NCBI GenBank assembly: GCA_965227515.1
Contig: CBDDFZ010000001.1
Coordinates: 1,280,001 to 1,344,000 of the forward strand
Source: Alphaproteobacteria bacterium
Lineage (GTDB): Bacteria > Pseudomonadota > Alphaproteobacteria > CALKHQ01
Length of the DNA stretch: 64,000 nt
Reading direction: 5' to 3'
A program made the translations under genes and the position numbers. The number at the start of each line of letters is the position of its first letter. Positions within the stretch are counted from its first letter, which is position 1. Positions 60,495 through 64,000 of the stretch are shown here, in pieces. The notes below the pieces were generated by a model. That model was not told the origin of the DNA and searched no databases. It saw nothing but the letters and a program-made list of their open reading frames with translations.

Positions 60495-62036
60495 CTACGA
60501 ACCGTCGTCGCCCCAGTCCAGCCGCTTGCGGTAGATCGTCGACGCGCTGATGCCGAGCCGGGCGGCGGCGCGCGGGATGTTGCCGCCGCAGGCGTCGATG
60601 GCGGCCTCGATGAAGGCGCGTTCCACGTCCTTCAGCGGGCGGATGTCGTCCTCGGTGCGCGGCAGCCGGTTGATCGCCATCGGCGCCTGGCCGCCGTCGG
60701 CCTCAATCGTCGATGGCGCGGCGGGGCTGGCGGGCGCCATGTGGGCGGGCGCTGCTGCCTGCCCGGGCAGGCCGTGATGCTGCGATACGGCATGCTGGGT
60801 TTGGGCCATCATCGCCGGCAGCATGTCCAGCGTCACCGCATCGCCGTCATGCAGCACCACGATGTTGCGCACCACGTTCAGCAGCTCGCGGATATTGCCG
60901 GGCCAGGTGTGCGCCCTGAGTGCGGCGATCACCTCGGGCGAGAACGACTTGAAGGCCTTGCCCTCCTCGGCCGCGAAGCTCTCAAGCATCTGTTCGGCGA
61001 TCTCGATCACGTCGCCGTCGCGCTCGCGCAGCGGCGGCATGTGCACCGGCACCACGTGGAGGCGGTAGTAGAGGTCCTCGCGAAAGCGTCCCTCGGTCAC
61101 TTCCACCAGTGGGTGGCGGTTGGTGGCGCAAACGAAGCGCACGTCGACCGAGACTTCCTTGGTGCCGCCCACCGGGGTGAACCGGCCAGTCTGGATGAAC
61201 CGCAGCAGCTTCGACTGCAGGTTCAGGTCCATCTCGCAGATCTCGTCCAGGAACAGGGTGCCGCCATCGGCCTGGGCCGCCGCGCCCACCCGGTCGGAAA
61301 TGGCGCCGGTGAACGCCCCCTTGTGATGGCCGAAGATCTCGCTCTCGATCAGGTCGCGCGGGATGGCGGCGCAGTTCAGCGCCACCAGCTCCGCCTTGGC
61401 GCGCCCGCTGCAGGCGTGGATCGCCTCGGCGCACAGCTCCTTGCCGGTCCCGCTCTCGCCGGTGATGAACACGGTCGCCTTGCTCGGCGCCGCACTCTCG
61501 ATGGTGCGATAGACCGCCTGCATCTTTGGCGAGGCGCCGATGAATTTGTGGTAAGTGTTGCGCGGGCCGTCGTGGGGTTTGACGTCGGCCAGCCGCCGCA
61601 TCTGGGTGCGCTGGCGCACGTTGCCCAGCGCGGTCAGCAGGCGGTCGGCCTTGAACGGCTTGACCAGGAAGTCGGTGGCGCCGGCCTGCATCGCCTCCAC
61701 CGCCACGTTCACCGACCCGTGTGCGGTGATGACGATAACAGGCGGCGGGTCGTCGTCGACGATGACCTTCGACAACAGGTCGAGCCCGTACATATCGGGC
61801 AGCTTCAGGTCGAGCAGGATGGCGTCGGGCGCGGCCTTGGCCATCAGGTCCAGTGCCGCGCCGCCGGTGGCGGCCACGGTGCAGGCGTATCCGCCCTGCT
61901 CGAGGTAGCGCGCATAGACGCGCGACAACGAGGGCGAATCCTCGATCACCAGAATATTGGAGAAGCTCTTGTCCGCCGCGGTTCCGGCGGCTGCGCCGAA
62001 TTCAGAACGGTGCGACGCCGGTTCGGCCCGATCCAT
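60495..62036 (-). CDS. Sigma54-dependent response regulator (REC-AAA-HTH, LuxO/NtrC-like)
   Basis: LLDLKLPD receiver, GESGTGKE, GAFTGA, FLDEICEM, WPGNIREL, Fis HTH. Confidence 0.93.
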   Translation of the reverse strand: MDRAEPASHRSEFGAAAGTAADKSFSNILVIEDSPSLSRVYARYLEQGGYACTVAATGGAALDLMAKAAPDAILLDLKLPDMYGLDLLSKVIVDDDPPPVIVITAHGSVNVAVEAMQAGATDFLVKPFKADRLLTALGNVRQRTQMRRLADVKPHDGPRNTYHKFIGASPKMQAVYRTIESAAPSKATVFITGESGTGKELCAEAIHACSGRAKAELVALNCAAIPRDLIESEIFGHHKGAFTGAISDRVGAAAQADGGTLFLDEICEMDLNLQSKLLRFIQTGRFTPVGGTKEVSVDVRFVCATNRHPLVEVTEGRFREDLYYRLHVVPVHMPPLRERDGDVIEIAEQMLESFAAEEGKAFKSFSPEVIAALRAHTWPGNIRELLNVVRNIVVLHDGDAVTLDMLPAMMAQTQHAVSQHHGLPGQAAAPAHMAPASPAAPSTIEADGGQAPMAINRLPRTEDDIRPLKDVERAFIEAAIDACGGNIPRAAARLGISASTIYRKRLDWGDDGS

Positions 62037-63036
62037 TGCCCATCATCTCTGTCGCCTGGGCGGGCAGCGGCCCCAGGCACACCTGGTTCCGCCCCGCGTC
62101 CTTGGCCAGGTAGAGCGCTTGATCGGCAGTATGAAGGATTGATTCAGGCGTGTCGATTGCCGGGTCGGCCTGGGCCACGCCGATGCTGACGGTGATCGAC
62201 AGCATGCCGCTGACGGTCGACAACGGCATCGCCGCGACCTCGGCCCTGATCCGCTCCGCCACGATGCGCGCCGCGGCGGCATCGGTTTCCGGCATCAGCA
62301 CCGCGAATTCCTCGCCGCCCAGGCGGCCGATCAGGTCGTTGCGCCGCATGCAGTCCATGACGCTGGTGGTCAGGCAGCGCAGCACCTCGTCGCCGGCCTG
62401 GTGGCCATGGCTGTCGTTGACCGCCTTGAAGTGGTCGACGTCGATCAGCGCCACCGACACCGGGCTGCCATATCGGCGCGCGCGCTCCAGTTCCTGGGTC
62501 AGGCGCTTCAGGTAGTAACGGCGGTTGGCGGCGCCGGTCAGGCCATCGGTATTGGCCAGCCGGGCCAGCTCGGCATTGGCGTGCTTCAGCTCCTGCTGGC
62601 GCGCCCGCAGCCGCAGCATGTTGCGGGTGCGTGCGGTCAGCTCGATCGGATCGACCGGCTTCTTCAGGAAATCGTTGGCGCCGATGTGAAGCGCTTCGTA
62701 GAGCGCTTGCGGGCTTTCCTCGGCGGTGATGATGACGACCGGCACGTCCATCAGATGGGCCCGTTGGCGGAACTGGCGCAGGAACGTCAGGCCGTCCATC
62801 TTCGGCATCACATAGTCCAGCAACAGCACGTCGGGCGCATGGGACTCGCACCACGCGATGCCTTCGATCGGATCGACGAAGGTTCGGGTCGTGACGTCCT
62901 CGATCGACTGGACCAGCTTTTCCAGCAGCATCGCATTGGCGAGGATATCGTCGATGATGACGATCTCCATCGGCGCCGGCGCCTTGTCGTCTTCCTTGGG
63001 AGGAATGTCGGTGTGTTGGGCGGCTTCAATCAGCAT
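62002..63036 (-). CDS. Response regulator diguanylate cyclase (REC-GGDEF)
   Basis: IIDD, LLDYVMP receiver; DGLTG..NRR, RRND I-site then RLGGEEF; start uncertain (63036 or 62970). Confidence 0.9.
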   Translation of the reverse strand: MLIEAAQHTDIPPKEDDKAPAPMEIVIIDDILANAMLLEKLVQSIEDVTTRTFVDPIEGIAWCESHAPDVLLLDYVMPKMDGLTFLRQFRQRAHLMDVPVVIITAEESPQALYEALHIGANDFLKKPVDPIELTARTRNMLRLRARQQELKHANAELARLANTDGLTGAANRRYYLKRLTQELERARRYGSPVSVALIDVDHFKAVNDSHGHQAGDEVLRCLTTSVMDCMRRNDLIGRLGGEEFAVLMPETDAAAARIVAERIRAEVAAMPLSTVSGMLSITVSIGVAQADPAIDTPESILHTADQALYLAKDAGRNQVCLGPLPAQATEMMGNGSGRTGVAPF

Positions 63037-63359
63037 GCGGGCGATGGAGCTTCTTCTGCGCGTTGTGCACGATCGGCCCAACATTCCGCCGCCGGTCGCG
63101 ACGTCGGCGGCATACGCGTTGGGGAGTCTATGCGGTCGGTGCGCGGGCGCGAGGTTGGTTCCAGGCGCGGCCTGCTCACTGACCTGCATCAATCCATACG
63201 TATCAAAGCTGAGCGTACCCTTAACGGCCCGGCGTCCGGTCGGGCCTCATGGGCGCGGGAATCGGGGCGATAGGCCGTTGCGAACGCGGGACAATCGTGC
63301 TGCGGGCCATCTAAAGCCGCCGAACGGGCGCCCGGCATGGACAGGACGGGTCGGACAAA

Positions 63360-64000
63360 TGAGCGGTCGGAGAGATAGGTGACGGATCGTACCGGAGACA
63401 TGGGTAACACTTTTGGCCTTTTGGCCGGGGGTGTTGATGCCGTGGAGACGGAGTACGGTTATGGAGGAACGCCTGCGGTTTGTGGCCCGTTTGCTGGAAG
63501 GCGAGAGCATGAGCGCGGTTTGTCGGTCTTTCGGGATATCCCGGAAGACCGGCTACAAGATTTTCAAGCGGTATCAGGCGGAGGGTGTGCATGCGCTGAG
63601 CGACCGGTCTCGCCGCCCGGTGCGCTACGCCAACCAGCTGCCGGCCGCGGTCGAGCGGCTGATCGTCGCGACGAAGAAAGAGAAGCCGCACTGGGGCGCA
63701 CGCAAGATCCGGGAGGTGTTGGTGCGCCGTCTTGCCGGCGACGTGCGCATTCCCGCCAGGAGCACGGTGCATGCGGTGCTCGACCGCCACGGCCTGGTCC
63801 AGCGCGCCCGGCGCCGGCGCCACAAGGCGGCGGGCACGCCGCTGTCGACGGCCCATGTCCCCAATGCGCTGTGGTGCACCGACTTCAAGGGCGAGTTCAA
63901 GCTCGGCACCGGCCGCTATTGTTACCCCCTGACGGTGACCGACCAGGCCTCGCGCTTCATCCTGGGCTGCGAAGCCCTTGAGACGACCAAGGAGGCGCAT
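63360..64000 (+). mobile_element. IS481-family insertion sequence, left end (truncated by window edge)
   Basis: Left end tgagcggtcggagagataggtgac...ggagacatgggtaaca with internally repeated words, followed by the transposase gene. Confidence 0.8.
63437..64000 (+). CDS. IS481-family transposase (partial; not in ORF track)
   Basis: Manual translation MPWRRSTVMEERLRFVARLLEGESMSAVCRSFGISRKTGYK...SRRP...HWGARKI...PNALWCTDFKGEF..G.GRYCYPLTVTDQASRF. Confidence 0.9.
   Translation, partial: MPWRRSTVMEERLRFVARLLEGESMSAVCRSFGISRKTGYKIFKRYQAEGVHALSDRSRRPVRYANQLPAAVERLIVATKKEKPHWGARKIREVLVRRLAGDVRIPARSTVHAVLDRHGLVQRARRRRHKAAGTPLSTAHVPNALWCTDFKGEFKLGTGRYCYPLTVTDQASRFILGCEALETTKEAH

Overview
GC-rich (by eye about two-thirds G+C) alphaproteobacterial chromosomal window, probably Rhodospirillales-like. 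Most of it is recognisable core synteny: glnE (frameshifted)-bcp-DUF455; irr with an ICE box upstream of rubrerythrin-FeS oxidoreductase-DUF3501; EVE-yciI-tsaD divergent from hemC-hemD-alphaMic60(COG4223)-hemY; and lolA, yebC-ruvCAB-ybgC-tolQRAB-pal-cpoB-tilS-ftsH. Accessory material includes an orphan gene pair whose second member looks like a papain-fold toxin (3.3-5.1 kb), and a lower-GC mer-type islet without merA that contains a CTG-start merF missing from the ORF track (14.4-17.1 kb). After ftsH come a sensor globin flanked by a duplicated ftsH 3' end, a DUF2235 hydrolase, a sigma54 regulator, a REC-GGDEF gene and the start of an IS481 element. The most interesting non-coding signals are a dispersed ~100-bp hairpin repeat family with compensatory stem changes, GNRA-capped side hairpins and nested insertions, and a shared CtrA-box plus CRP-box promoter module upstream of two unrelated orphan genes. 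All calls come from reading motifs by eye; no searches were run.
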